A stretch of DNA of 64,000 nt from positions 140,988,001 to 141,052,000 of the forward strand of contig OZ038378.1 in assembly GCA_964036045.1 (NCBI GenBank), given 5' to 3'. This document shows, piece after piece, positions 13,001 to 26,049 of this stretch. The translations under genes were made by a program, and so were the position numbers. Under the pieces are notes generated by a model. It was not told where the DNA came from and searched no databases. It saw nothing but the letters and a program-made list of their open reading frames with translations. The number at the start of each line of letters is the position of its first letter. The stretch's first letter is position 1. This stretch comes from Eutreptiella sp. 'Long Island Sound 2002'. Its lineage: Eukaryota > Protista > Euglenida.

Positions 13001-16000
13001 TCATCCAGGAAATTTCACCACGGGGGTGAAGGATGCCAAGGCCAACTTGGCCATAGTCTTGCGTGGCTTTGTCCAAGATGGAGCACGTGCGTTGCTGCAG
13101 CAACAAGCGCGGATGAGGGAGCATCAAGAGCGGCAAGCACACAAGCGGATGGAAGCAGAAAAGAAGAAAGAACGCAAGCGTGGAAGAAAGACGGCAGCGA
13201 AGAAATGACAAGTCATCCCGAGTAGTGGCAAATGGTGTTTTTCAACACCACCATCCAAACACAAAGCAATGAATTTCCCGCACCTGCTGTATGTAGATAT
13301 GAAGGATTTCGAATCAAACGGTGTTTTTTGGTGGCCGCCCTGCCGCCACCCCTCAAAGATATAGCCCGAGGGCTAATCTGGCAGCATGAGTGGCGAACCA
13401 GCACCGAGCCGCCACGAGAGGGTCATCACCTCCCTAACATCGTGGAGATCTAGATTGACCTCGATGACCTTGGAGGGCAAGAGAAGGCCATCAGGGGATG
13501 GCGTACGAACGAATCTATCAAGACACGCAATGAAGGGTGTGGCGGTTCCTGTACACCGTGGCCCTATGCCCGGACGGGATGGTCAACAGGGCTCGAAGGA
13601 TGTCCCTGTGTTGGTAAACAAAATGGCGCGACTTGACATCATGGTTCCCCACGCACGCTCTTCTTGCAAGCATTTGTGCAGCAACAATGTTTTTTTCATC
13701 AGGAGCCCAAAAACATCTGGAAATATTGAGAGTCAACGTAAAAGAAATTGCAACTTCATACCTTTCAGCATCAGACGTTGCCGCCAGTTTTGGTTTCCTC
13801 TTGTTGGTGCACTAATTGTCGGTTTTACTTTACAATTTGTCAACCATTGCCAAGAAACCCACAAAAGGGATCTTCATGTATTTGATTCTGCCACATGCCA
13901 TGCATTTCATGTGAGTGACCGATAAAACTTGTGTCAACATGTGTATCACCGGGAAACACATTAGGCGGTCGGGCGGACATCTTGCCCAAATGGCGGGTAT
14001 CCCTATTGTACAGTCCAGGACAAAACTAGCGGACCAGCCCAGCTAGTCGTGGCAAGGCTGTTATTTTGGCACGATTCTCAGCCTGGGTGAGAACGCCTCG
14101 TAGAGTGCCCCGCTTCTTCTAACCTTTTCCTCCGCTCTTCGAGGGGGAGCTCGCCTGGTGATCCCCTGAATCCAAAAGTTGTCCACAACAAGCGACCTTT
14201 GTTGTTCGCATGCCGCAAACTATCACGGTGCCACGGCCGGAAAGGAAATTGGTGTGGCAGGGGGCAACTGGGGAAATGGTGAAGGATAGTATGACAAAGA
14301 CGGCGATAGCCAAAACCTCAACAGCGGAGCTTCCCGGGGCCCAGAAAAGTACGAGAAGAACATGATGGAATCTTTGCACTTGCACTTGCATTGTGTTGTA
14401 CAAAGGGATTGGGGCTTTGGGTGTTGTTTGTTTGATGAACAACATTTTCGGGGGTGTTTTTTACTGTAAGTATGTTTTGGGAAGCTTAATTATGAGTCCA
14501 TAGGCTACACCTAGGATTAGGTAGCACTCACAAGAATACCCCCCTATTTGGGAAAACGAAAAATAGGCGGCTTACTCTACCCTTTTGGAAGTTAGCATAT
14601 CACATGGTAGCTTCGCAGGATAGATACGCACCTCCTCTCCCTACATTGTCGTAGAGGAGTACCATTCAGCAATAAATTTGCAACCACGCGAAACCGACGT
14701 GTAACAAACATTTGGATACAAATGTCCCATCTTGGCTGCAAGTGGTGAACGATAACTATAGCGGGTGGGGAGACAAACAGCCGGAGGAAGACTTGTTTAC
14801 CTTTTTTTGCACAAATGGGACGACAAGGCCCTAGCAACCCCTGGGCGCCTCTTCGGGCCCTAGCGCTACTTCCCCGCAACCCCAGTACCTTCAATCGCGA
14901 AGTATAGGCAAAGGCTCGTGAATACCGGGAAGCTGTTGGGGACGCTTAAGCCCAAGCCCAAGCCCCTTCTCCCCCGTGACGCCTCACAAAGGCTGAACCT
15001 CGAGGACCACGACCCCAAACGGCAAAGCAGGCGGTTCGCTACCTCCTGAAATGGACGAAGACCTCCCAACGCGAGGCACGCTAACCCACCTCTAACGAAA
15101 GGGAAAAAAAAAAGAGGTTGCACCTTGCATTGCTCTATGTTCTCTCCTTCAGGAACAAGAACGGCGGTCGCAACACGTCATCCAGGAAATTTCACCACGG
15201 GGGTGAAGGATGCCAAGGCCAACTTGGCCATAGTCTTGCGTGGCTTTGTCCAAGATGGAGCACGTGCGTTGCTGCAGCAACAAGCGCGGATGAGGGAGCA
15301 TCAAGAGCGGCAAGCACACAAGCGGATGGAAGCAGAAAAGAAGAAAGAACGCAAGCGTGGAAGAAAGACGGCAGCGAAGAAATGACAAGTCATCCCGAGT
15401 AGTGGCAAATGGTGTTTTTCAACACCACCATCCAAACACAAAGCAATGAATTTCCCGCACCTGCTGTATGTAGATATGAAGGATTTCGAATCAAACGGTG
15501 TTTTTTGGTGGCCGCCCTGCCGCCACCCCTCAAAGATATAGCCCGAGGGCTAATCTGGCAGCATGAGTGGCGAACCAGCACCGAGCCGCCACGAGAGGGT
15601 CATCACCTCCCTAACATCGTGGAGATCTAGATTGACCTCGATGACCTTGGAGGGCAAGAGAAGGCCATCAGGGGATGGCGTACGAACGAATCTATCAAGA
15701 CACGCAATGAAGGGTGTGGCGGTTCCTGTACAGGGTGGCCCTATGCCCGGACGGGATGGTCAACAGGGCTCGAGGGATGTCCCTGTGTTGGTAAACAAAA
15801 TGGCGCGACTTGACATCATGGTTCCCCACGCACGCTCTTCTTGCAAGCATTTGTGCAGCAACAATGTTTTTTTCATCAGGAGCCCAAAAACATCTGGAAA
15901 TATTGAGAGTCAACGTAAAAGAAATTGCAACTTCATACCTTTCAGCATCAGACGTTGCCGCCAGTTTTGGTTTCCTCTTGTTGGTGCACTAATTGTCGGT

Positions 16001-19000
16001 TTTACTTTACAATTTGTCAACCATTGCCAAGAAACCCACAAAAGGGATCTTCATGTATTTGATTCTGCCACATGCCATGCATTTCATGTGAGTGACCGAT
16101 AAAACTTGTGTCAACATGTGTATCACCGGGAAACACATTAGGCGGTCGGGCGGACATCTTGCCCAAATGGCGGGTATCCCTATTGTACAGTCCAGGACAA
16201 AACTAGCGGACCAGCCCAGCTAGTCGTGGCAAGGCTGTTATTTTGGCACGATTCTCAGCCTGGGTGAGAACGCCTCGTAGAGTGCCCCGTTTCTTCTAAC
16301 CTTTTCCTCCGCTCTTCGAGGGGGAGCTCGCCTGGTGATCCCCTAAATCCAAAAGTTGTCCACAACAAGCGACCTTTGTTGTTCGCATGCCGCAAACTAT
16401 CACGGTGCCACGACCGGAAAGGAAACTGGTGTGGCAGGGGGCAACTGGGGAAATGGTGAAGGATAGTATGACAAAGACGGCGATAGCCAAAACCTCAACA
16501 GCGGAGCTTCCCGGGGCCCGGAAAAGTACGAGAAGAACATGATGGAATCTTTGCACTTGCACTTGCATTGTGTTGTACAAAGGGATTGGGGCTTTGGGTG
16601 TTGTTTGTTTGATGAACAACATTTTCGGGGGTGTTTTTTACTGTAAGTATGTTTTGGGAAGCTTAATTATGAGTCCATAGGCTACACCTAGGATTAGGTA
16701 GCACTCACAAGAATACCCCCCTATTTGGGAAAACGAAAAATAGGCGGCTTACTCTACCCTTTTGGAAGTTAGCATATCACATGGTAGCTTCGCAGGATAG
16801 ATACGCACCTCCTCTCCCTACATTGTCGTAGAGGAGTACCATTCAGCAATAAATTTGCAACCACGCGAAACCGACGTGTAACAAACATTTGGATACAAAT
16901 GTCCCATCTTGGCTGCAAGTGGTGAACGATAACTATAGCGGGTGGGGAGACAAACAGCCGGAGGAAGACTTGTTTACCTTTTTTTGCACAAATGGGACGA
17001 CAAGGCCCTAGCAACCCCTGGGCGCCTCTTCGGGCCCTAGCGCTACTTCCCCGCAACCCCAGTACCTTCAATCGCGAAGTATAGGCAAAGGCTCGTGAAT
17101 ACCGGGAAGCTGTTGGGGACGCTTAAGCCCAAGCCCAAGCCCCTTCTCCCCCGTGACGCATCACAAAGGCTGAACCTCGAGGACCACGACCCCAAACGGC
17201 AAAGCAGGCGGTTCGCTACCTCCTGAAATGGACGAAGACCTCCCAACGCGAGGCACGCTAACCCACCTCTAACGAAAGGGAAAAAAAAAAGAGGTTGCAC
17301 CTTGCATTGCTCTATGTTCTCTCCTGCAGGAACAAGAACGGCGGTCGCAACACGTCATCCAGGAAATTTCACCACGGGGGTGAAGGATGCCAAGGCCAAC
17401 TTGGCCATAGTCTTGCGTGGCTTTGTCCAAGATGGAGCACGTGCGTTGCTGCAGCAACAAGCGCGGATGAGGGAGCATCAAGAGCGGCAAGCACACAAGC
17501 GGATGGAAGCAGAAAAGAAGAAAGAACGCAAGCGTGGAAGAAAGACGGCAGCGAAGAAATGACAAGTCATCCCGAGTAGTGGCAAATGGTGTTTTTCAAC
17601 ACCACCATCCAAACACAAAGCAATGAATTTCCCGCACCTGCTGTATGTAGATATGAAGGATTTCGAATCAAACGGTGTTTTTTGGTGGCCGCCCTGCCGC
17701 CACCCCTCAAAGATATAGCCCGAGGGCTAATCTGGCAGCATGAGTGGCGAACCAGCACCGAGCCGCCACGAGAGGGTCATCACCTCCCTAACATCGTGGA
17801 GATCTAGATTGACCTCGATGACCTTGGAGGGCAAGAGAAGGCCATCAGGGGATGGCGTACGAACGAATCTATCAAGACACGCAATGAAGGGTGTGGCGGT
17901 TCCTGTACAGGGTGGCCCTATGCCCGGACGGGATGGTCAACAGGGCTCGAGGGATGTCCCTGTGTTGGTAAACAAAATGGCGCGACTTGACATCATGGTT
18001 CCCCACGCACGCTCTTCTTGCAAGCATTTGTGCAGCAACAATGTTTTTTTCATCAGGAGCCCAAAAACATCTGAAAATATTGAGAGTCAACGTAAAAGAA
18101 ATTGCAACTTCATACCTTTCAGCATCAGACGTTGCCGCCAGTTTTGGTTTCCTCTTGTTGGTGCACTAATTGTCGGTTTTACTTTACAATTTGTCAACCA
18201 TTGCCAAGAAACCCACAAAAGGGATCTTCATGTATTTGATTCTGCCACATGCCATGCATTTCATGTGAGTGACCGATGAAACTTGTGTCAACATGTGTAT
18301 CACCGGGAAACACATTAGGCGGTCGGGCGGACATCTTGCCCAAATGGCGGGTATCCCTATTGTACAGTCCAGGACAAAACTAGCGGACCAGCCCAGCTAG
18401 TCGTGGCAAGGCTGTTATTTTGGCACGATTCTCAGCCTGGGTGAGAACGCCTCGTAGAGTGCCCCGTTTCTTCTAACCTTTTCCTCCGCTCTTCGAGGGG
18501 GAGCTCGCCTGGTGATCCCCTGAATCCAAAAGTTGTCCACAACAAGCGACCTTTGTTGTTCGCATGCCGCAAACTATCACGGTGCCACGGCCGGAAAGGA
18601 AACTGGTGTGGCAGGGGGCAACTGGGGAAATGGTGAAGGATAGTATGACAAAGACGGCGATAGCCAAAACCTCAACAGCGGAGCTTCCCGGGGCCCAGAA
18701 AAGTACGAGAAGAACATGATGGAATCTTTGCACTTGCACTTGCATTGTGTTGTACAAAGGGATTGGGGCTTTGGGTGTTGTTTGTTTGATGAACAACATT
18801 TTCGGGGGTGTTTTTTACTGTAAGTATGTTTTGGGAAGCTTAATTATGAGTCCATAGGCTACACCTAGGATTAGGTAGCACTCACAAGAATACCCCCCTA
18901 TTTGGGAAAACGAAAAATAGGCGGCTTACTCTACCCTTTTGGAAGTTAGCATATCACATGGTAGCTGCGCAGGATAGATACGCACCTCCTCTCCCTACAT

Positions 19001-20136
19001 TGTCGTAGAGGAGTACCATTCAGCAATAAATTTGCAACCACGCGAAACCGACGTGTAACAAACATTTGGATACAAATGTCCCATCTTGGCTGCAAGTGGT
19101 GAACGATAACTATAGCGGGTGGGGAGACAAACAGCCGGAGGAAGAATTGTTTACCTTTTTTGGCACAAATGGGACGACAAAGCCCTAGCAACCCCTGGGC
19201 GCCTCTTCGGGCCCTAGCGGTACTTCCCCGCAACCCCAGTACCTTCAATCGCGAAGTATAGGCAAAGGCTCGTGAATACCGGGAAGCTGTTGGGGACGCT
19301 TAAGCCCAAGCCCAAGCCCCTTCTCCCCCGTGACGCCTCACAAAGGCTGAACCTCGAGGACCACGACCCCAAACGGCAAAGTAGGCGGTTCGCTACCTCC
19401 TGAAATGGACGAAGACCTCCCAACGTGAGGCACGCTAACCCACCTCTAACGAAAGGAAAAAAAAAAGAGGTTGCACCTTGCATTGCTCTATGTTCTCTCC
19501 TTCGGGAACAAGAACGGCGTTCCCAACACGTCATCCAGGAAATTTCACCACGGGGGTGAAGGATGCCAAGGCCAACTTGGCCATAGTCTTGCGTGGCTTT
19601 GTCCAAGATGGAGCACGTGCGTTGCTGCAGCAACAAGCGCGGATGAGGGAGCATCAAGAGCGGCAAGCACACAAGCGGATGGAAGCAGAAAAGAAGAAAG
19701 AACGCAAGCGTGGAAGAAAGACGGCAGCGAAGAAATGACAAGTCATCCCGAGTAGTGGCAAATGGTGTTTTTCAACACCACCATCCAAACACAAAGCAAT
19801 GAATTTCCCGCACCTGCTGTATGTAGATATGAAGGATTTCGAATCAAACGGTGTTTTTTGGTGGCAGCCCTGCCGCCACCCCTCAAAGATATAGCCCGAG
19901 GGCTAATCTGGCAGCATGAGTGGCGAACGAGCACCGAGCCGCCACGAGAGGGTCATCACCTCCCTAACATCGTGGAGATCTAGATTGACCTCGATGACCT
20001 TGGAGGGCAAGAGAAGGCCATCAGGGGATGGCGTACGAACGAATCTATCAAGACAAGCAATGAAGGGTGTGGCGGTTCCTGTACACCGTGGCCCTATGCC
20101 CGGACGGGATGGTCAACAGGATTCGAGGGATGTCCC
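5965..20136 (+). repeat. Tandem array of 2176-2177-bp units (7 copies of module A of about 1.1 kb and 6 copies of module B of 1072 bp)
   Basis: The same ORF set recurs at 6858, 9034, 11210, 13386, 15563, 17740 and 19916. Similarity starts at TGCAACCACG (5965, 8151, 10327 ... 19033) and ends at GGGATGTCCC (7078, 9254 ... 20136). Internal copies differ only by scattered SNPs and homopolymer lengths. Confidence 0.98.
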
Positions 20137-21935
20137 CGTCCCCGCAGCATGCCCAAATGGCTCCAACGCGGACACCGCCCGTCACCATACCAAAAACGTT
20201 GCTGCGCGCTGAAATGTGTGCATGGTTCGACACAGTCTTCAAACACGTGGGCCTTTCCTTGCGTGCCTATGGTGAGTCCTTCAACCCTCAAACCTCATCA
20301 ATGGTTTTTGTACTATGCAGCTTTGCCCCATGAATGCGATAGAGCCACTAATCACCGTGTGTAACAGGGACGACAAACTTAGGCTAGAGTACAGCATGAA
20401 GTGTAGGGGCAGGACGAATGGATGATCATTTATTGTATATTTGTGTAGGAACGTGGTGATTTTAGGTGCTTGAGTGCGTTGCATTGGAGTTGTTTTTTTC
20501 CTTCCGTTGTTGTGTGTGAGCGCCCTTAAAATCACGATGTGATGAATTGTTACGATGTCACGATTACACAACATTGATTGTGTTGAGTTTTGTACGGAGG
20601 TAGTGTCAATGCCACACCGCACTTAGGGCATTTTGCACTTCAAGCGTTCTATTTGGGTCAGATTTCGCTTTGATTGGCGTTGATCTTCATTGCTCTCTGC
20701 ATCATTGTGTATTAGTAGGTGAACAAAGACAAAACGTGGTACGTTTTGTCTTTGTTCCTCGGCCTTGTGCGATGGCTATGGAGGGTTGCTTAATGCGGTC
20801 CCTTAATGTGTCGGTGACACAGCCAACCACCATGGAGAAACAACAAACGGTGGACCAACGCATCGGCTTGGTGCCATCCAATAACTGGTCCGGTTGTGGT
20901 GGAAGTATTTGGGCCCCCCTCATCATATTTGGTGTTGCTCATATGATGCCTAGGCAAAAAAGAGCGGAAACATGCAAGCACTTGTGTGGGTATTGCCTAA
21001 TTGTTGCAAGAACTTTGGTATTGGCTCGCTGTGGTGCCTCAAACATTCGCGAATATTATCCTGACGAATTTCCATTTCTTGCACCTTGCAACGGTTAGCC
21101 AATTATGAGTCAATTTTTTTGTACAATCCATGAAACACCGAGGAGAATAGATGAAACAAGGATATACCGATATTTAGATGGGAACATATCACCACCAATG
21201 CTATGATACTAATATATGTTGTGGGATGTGATAGAGCATAACAGAAGAGACACATAAGCATGAATATTACATTTTATTTTCAATGCATTTCAGTAACGTA
21301 CGCCTTCAAAAATACAACGCAATACATATTGGAATCACATACACCACAGTTCCCCAAAATAGCATGGACACTTGGGTATATATGTTCATGATTCCTTTGC
21401 AAGTATTGCATGACCTGATGCTTTGTACTAATATTCTTAAGTGTTGCTTGAAGATTGCACTTCTAGGTTGCGCGTAGTTGGGAAATTTATGTCAGCTAGG
21501 CCAGACCTAGGGCCGGCGGGGCAAATCTGTATGTTCCATAAAGTTTGGACACATGAGGATACCATATAAAAGCCATAAGCCCGAGTTCTCGATAAATCGT
21601 CACTTTTTTCTTGGTTGGGGCCGAGTGCGCGCGCCTATGCCGTTGACGGCACTGGCGGCACTAGGCCTCTTAAAAGACCTATTCAATTATCTTGATTCCT
21701 TCAAATGAGGCGAGGACATGTATGCAAGATTAAAACTTTTTCATAGCCGCATTATCACTATTATCATAAAAACTTTCAAATTTATTCCATTTTCATATTT
21801 CAACTTCATTCACATTGGGCGCTTTGTAGAAACAGGGGGTTGTTAGTATGTGGTGTTGAACACCAAGAATGGTCCTTCACCCTAGCGCGGTTGCACTGCT
21901 ATGCATGTTGAACCATCCCGATCTTGGTGAGGAAG

Positions 21936-22891
21936 CAAAATGGCTACATAAGTGCTCCCTTCTCGCAGGTATTGCATTGGAAGAGATCAAGATGGCTACA
22001 TAACTCGTCTCGAGGTGCCATGATGAAGAATAAATCAATGGTCACATAAAGCGTACCTTTTAGGGGTACCCATAGTGGCGAGAAATTTGGTTGGCATTGG
22101 ACGTCCCGGGCTCCTGATAGTGGGGAGATATCCTACATGAACCCTACCTCCTCGGGGTCCCCATCGTGAGGAGGCTGCAATGTGGCTGCACAAGCCCTGC
22201 CTCGTCGGGGATATAGAATCCGAAGAAATGAATAGGGATGCATAAGACGTGCCTTCTTGGGTCCCCATAGTGCGGAGAAATCCATATGGCGACATAATGG
22301 CTGCCTTCTTGAAGTCCCCGTGATGAGGAGGTGGCAATACCACTACATAAGCCCTAGCTGCTCAGCGGTATGAGATGTAAAGAAATCCATGTGATTACAT
22401 ATCCCCTGCCCTTTTGCGGTACGGATAGTGGGAAGAGATCCGAATGGCTACATAACCCCTGCCTTCTCGGGGTCCCCAACATGGGGAGATGGCAACACGG
22501 CTTTACAGTTTCGGGGGTACCATGGTGGGGGACAATCAATATCGCCACATAAACCTTTTAGCAGTCCAGATCGAGGAAGGAAGTGTATTCGGCTTCATAA
22601 ACCCTGCCTTCCCAGGGGCCCGAACGTGGGGAGGCGGCAATTTTGCTATATAAGCACTCGGTTCTCGGCGGTAGTAATTCGGAAGAAATGAATATGCCTA
22701 CATAACGCCTGCCTTCTCGGGTTCCCAACAGTGGGGATACAACAATATGACTACATACGCCATGGCTTCTGGTGGGGCCCATCGTAGAGAGGCGGCAATT
22801 TGGCTACTGAAGCCCTGGCTTGTGGATGGTAGTCGATGGGGATCAATGTGGCCACATAACCCCTGCCTTCTCGGGGTCCCCATGGTGGTTG
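21936..22891 (+). repeat. GGCTACATAA hairpin satellite, block 1
   Basis: Repeated degenerate units ATATGGCTACATAA-CCCCTGCCTTCTCGGGG-TCCCCAnnnTGGGGA. Confidence 0.93.
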
Positions 22892-23027
22892 AGGTTGAGC
22901 TTGAGGTATGCCGGGGCCTGTACCGGGTTGGCCGTCGTCGGAGGGCTATCGCACCCTCCTGCTAGCGTGTGTGCCAAACCCTCATGAGGCCGCGCGCCGC
23001 TCTACCGTGCTCGCCACTACGCCCCTC

Positions 23028-23188
23028 GGGAGCGCACCCCTAGATCGGGCTGTCTCGTCCGCCGAAGGGAGCACACCTCTAGGTCGGGCTGCCTCGTCCG
23101 CCTAAGGGAGCCCAACCCTAGATGAGGCTGTCTCATCCGCTTATAGGAGCCCACCCCTAGATCAGGATGTCTCGTCCGCTTAGGGGAG
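23028..23188 (+). repeat. 39-bp minisatellite, about 4 copies
   Basis: Units like GGGAGCGCACCCCTAGATCGGGCTGTCTCGTCCGCCGAA start at 23028, 23067, 23106 and 23145. Confidence 0.92.
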
Positions 23189-24828
23189 GGGGGCGGGGCG
23201 CAGAGCTGGGTGTCTTTGGTGCGGGGCAGGTGTCGCGGTACCGTGTTGGGGGAGGGGGGGGGGCTGCCCCGTGTTGTCTGGCCCCCAACATGAGGTCAGG
23301 CCCACGGCCAGCACCCTCGCTTTGTGGTGGCTTAAATGTGGGCCGACTGGGAAGTCCCCATCGTGGCGAGGAAGCAATATGAGTGAATAAGCCCTGCCTC
23401 CCCGCTAATTCACTGAACCCGTCTACTCCTAGGTGTCCTGCCTCCAACGAAAAAGACTACGCAAGAAAAAATTGTTGGGGCATTCATGCATGCTTCTTGC
23501 AAAGGGCCAAGGGAAAAAAAACAAAACGCCTAGCTATGTTTTGCACGTTGCGCCCGAACCCATATAATGCTTCTTCTGGATCATCAACCACATCTATCTC
23601 ACCAGGCCTCTTCCTCAAAAATGGCTCATGGCCAATTTATGCCTCGTTTAGAAAAAGAGTGATCCCCTACTGCCGACCAATTACCAAGCCATTGCTTTGT
23701 CAAAAACCACATACAAGACCACATCCACATTCACCAACCACCACCTTCATGAACAAGTGCTCCGACATCGGGGCCTCCTCCCCGTCCGATCCATCGAGCA
23801 TTGGTTCTGAAACCCCAGTGTCCCAGGCACTGAAATATTCCCCAAACGAAGATGCGGGGACATGTGGTCAAAGCGTGTTCAATGTCACATTGTTGTTATC
23901 ATACCATGGATGGAATTTCCACTAAACTTTGCGATTGCCTCTATTCTTTGTCTTCCGCTTCTAGCGGCTTGAACGAGTTGGTGCGTTCAAATTCAGCCAT
24001 GTGCGACAACACTTCGTCCACTTGCGCTTGGGATTGCCCGTCGACTGCAAAAACAGGAGTTAGAAATCACACTTATCAACTTGATGCCGAAAAATAGTTA
24101 TGTCATGGCTTGACCAAGAAGGAAGGAAACCCTCAACCATCTTATCTCTTAGAACACATCTCGGAACCAAGAGGGCATGTGCTTTGGCCCTTGCGCACCA
24201 TCACGGAACATGCCAAAAACTAGCCAACTTTCAGCAAAGAATGTCGTTATGAATCGTCATGACTTCAAAAAAAAATTGGAAAACCCTAAAAACACTACAA
24301 AAGTGAACCAAGCCCGCAGGCAGCAAGCAATGAATCGACTTCGCAGCCTATGTCCATACCGTGCCCCTCCTCGGATCTGCTGATGAAATACAAGTCACTC
24401 ATCTACGAAGAACCGCCATCTACCTACGTCTTGCTGCAGTGGGGGCGCATGCTTCGTCAACAAACGGAAGCGTTGGTGGAAGCGTCCCTTGAGGTATTCA
24501 TTCCACTCGCCACTCAAATCCTAAGCTTACCCTATGGTACCCCATCATGGACAGTAGCACGGGGGACAGCTTGGTAGAATGGGAATTCATGTTGGGGAAT
24601 GGAGGAGCAGGGCTCCAACCATAGTGGAGGTGACATGTCGCCAATATCGGTTTTGTTGAAAAAAAACAAAAAAGCGGCCCACTCACTTCTACAGTGCAAT
24701 TTGAATGTAAGAGACCCATTGACACTTGGAAAAGTACACTTTAAGAGACCCAAGCCTTTGGCTCCGGGTGAAAAAATTAAGAGACCCGGGTCTACTGTCA
24801 TAAAATGTCACTTGTGAAATTCGTCTTA

Positions 24829-24901
24829 AATTTCGTTGAAAATTTCGTGGAAAATTTCGTTGAAAATTTCGTTGAAAATTACGTTGAAAATTACACTTGA
24901 A
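24829..24901 (+). repeat. 12-bp tandem repeat AATTTCGTTGAA, about 6 copies
   Basis: Read directly; it produces the NFQR repeat in ORF 24689-24997. Confidence 0.92.
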
Positions 24902-26049
24902 AAGTTTGTCTGATTTCCCCTTGTCCCCAAGAGCCATTTGAGTGGCTGAGCAGATGGTAGCCCGCGGAAACACCAGTGCAGCCACCACATCTTGCATCTA
25001 AAATCCCTCTATGTGAAATGAAAAGGATCCCAATCCCTCTACATAGACTTCAATAAGGGATTTAGCTTGGTGCCGTATAGAGAAGCGTTCTGAGTGCTGG
25101 AGATTTGCAATTTTTCAACTTGGGCAATCTAGACGATTTGGCACCTCTACGCCGCCTTTGATGATACCCCGATTATCAACGGGGTCACAACCGTCAAATA
25201 TTTTTAAACGCAAGCATTCTGCCAAGGGTGGCCTTTACGCCAATTTGCGTGATGGGGTCCCCTGGCACTGATCGTGTGTGTGGGGTCTTTCAGGCGGGGA
25301 GGCTTTTGGGTGTACAGTGGTAGGTTGATGATCCCACTCCCCACTAGTTGAAATTGGCACATGTCCACTGAAGACCCATACCGGTCATCCTTACGAAAAA
25401 TGCCATTAGGCACCCCCTTGGGCAAACTCAAGAGTCATTGACCCCGGCCCCGACTCGTGCTGTTGCCGCTGCCATGACTTTAAACTCTCTATTGGGCGAT
25501 AAATGTGGCGCCGAGGGGTCCCGGAGCGGTACTGCCCTGATACGGCGGTGTCCCGTGTCGTGCAGTGCTCTCTCAACTTGTTCTGGGGAATCATATGGCT
25601 GGAGGTGCTGGAAGTATGGTTTTTGCTCCTACGCCACCTGTTTCCCACGGCGCTCGTGCCACTTTTGCTGTTTTGTGACATCCACAAAAGCTGTTATGTC
25701 ACGTGCGGTTTGTTGTGGTTGTGGGTTGTGGCAGTGTACCATCTTATTAGACTAGGTGTCTATTTCCCTAGTGTGCAGTAACCCCTCCAAAGCACAGTAT
25801 CAACCCATACACAGCCGCCAAACACGTTAAGTGCATGCTGCAGCACTGAAAGAAATACGAGACAGACATTCCGGAGGGAAACAGGGGACCACAAAACACA
25901 ACGGCCTCTGCAACATAGGAGGATGTAGTGCCCACACGCGATATCGGCGTGCTTGCAACCACCATACGGCAGTCATAACCAAACCACCAGTTCGATGACT
26001 ACTACAACTCCGGCGTCGTTAAAAACCTACTGGTGTACCACACATGGTC

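Noticed and set aside
21638-21664. Helitron 3' end (TGCCGT-tg-ACGGCA hairpin followed by CTAG)
   Set aside because: It is followed by G rather than the T of an A|T target site, the stem is short, and no TC 5' end or RepHel relic was found.
23780-23900. LINE zf-RVT-like EHALTTCPRIFVW on the minus strand
   Set aside because: It lacks the upstream CxxC and any adjacent RT sequence, and the surrounding frames are ambiguous.
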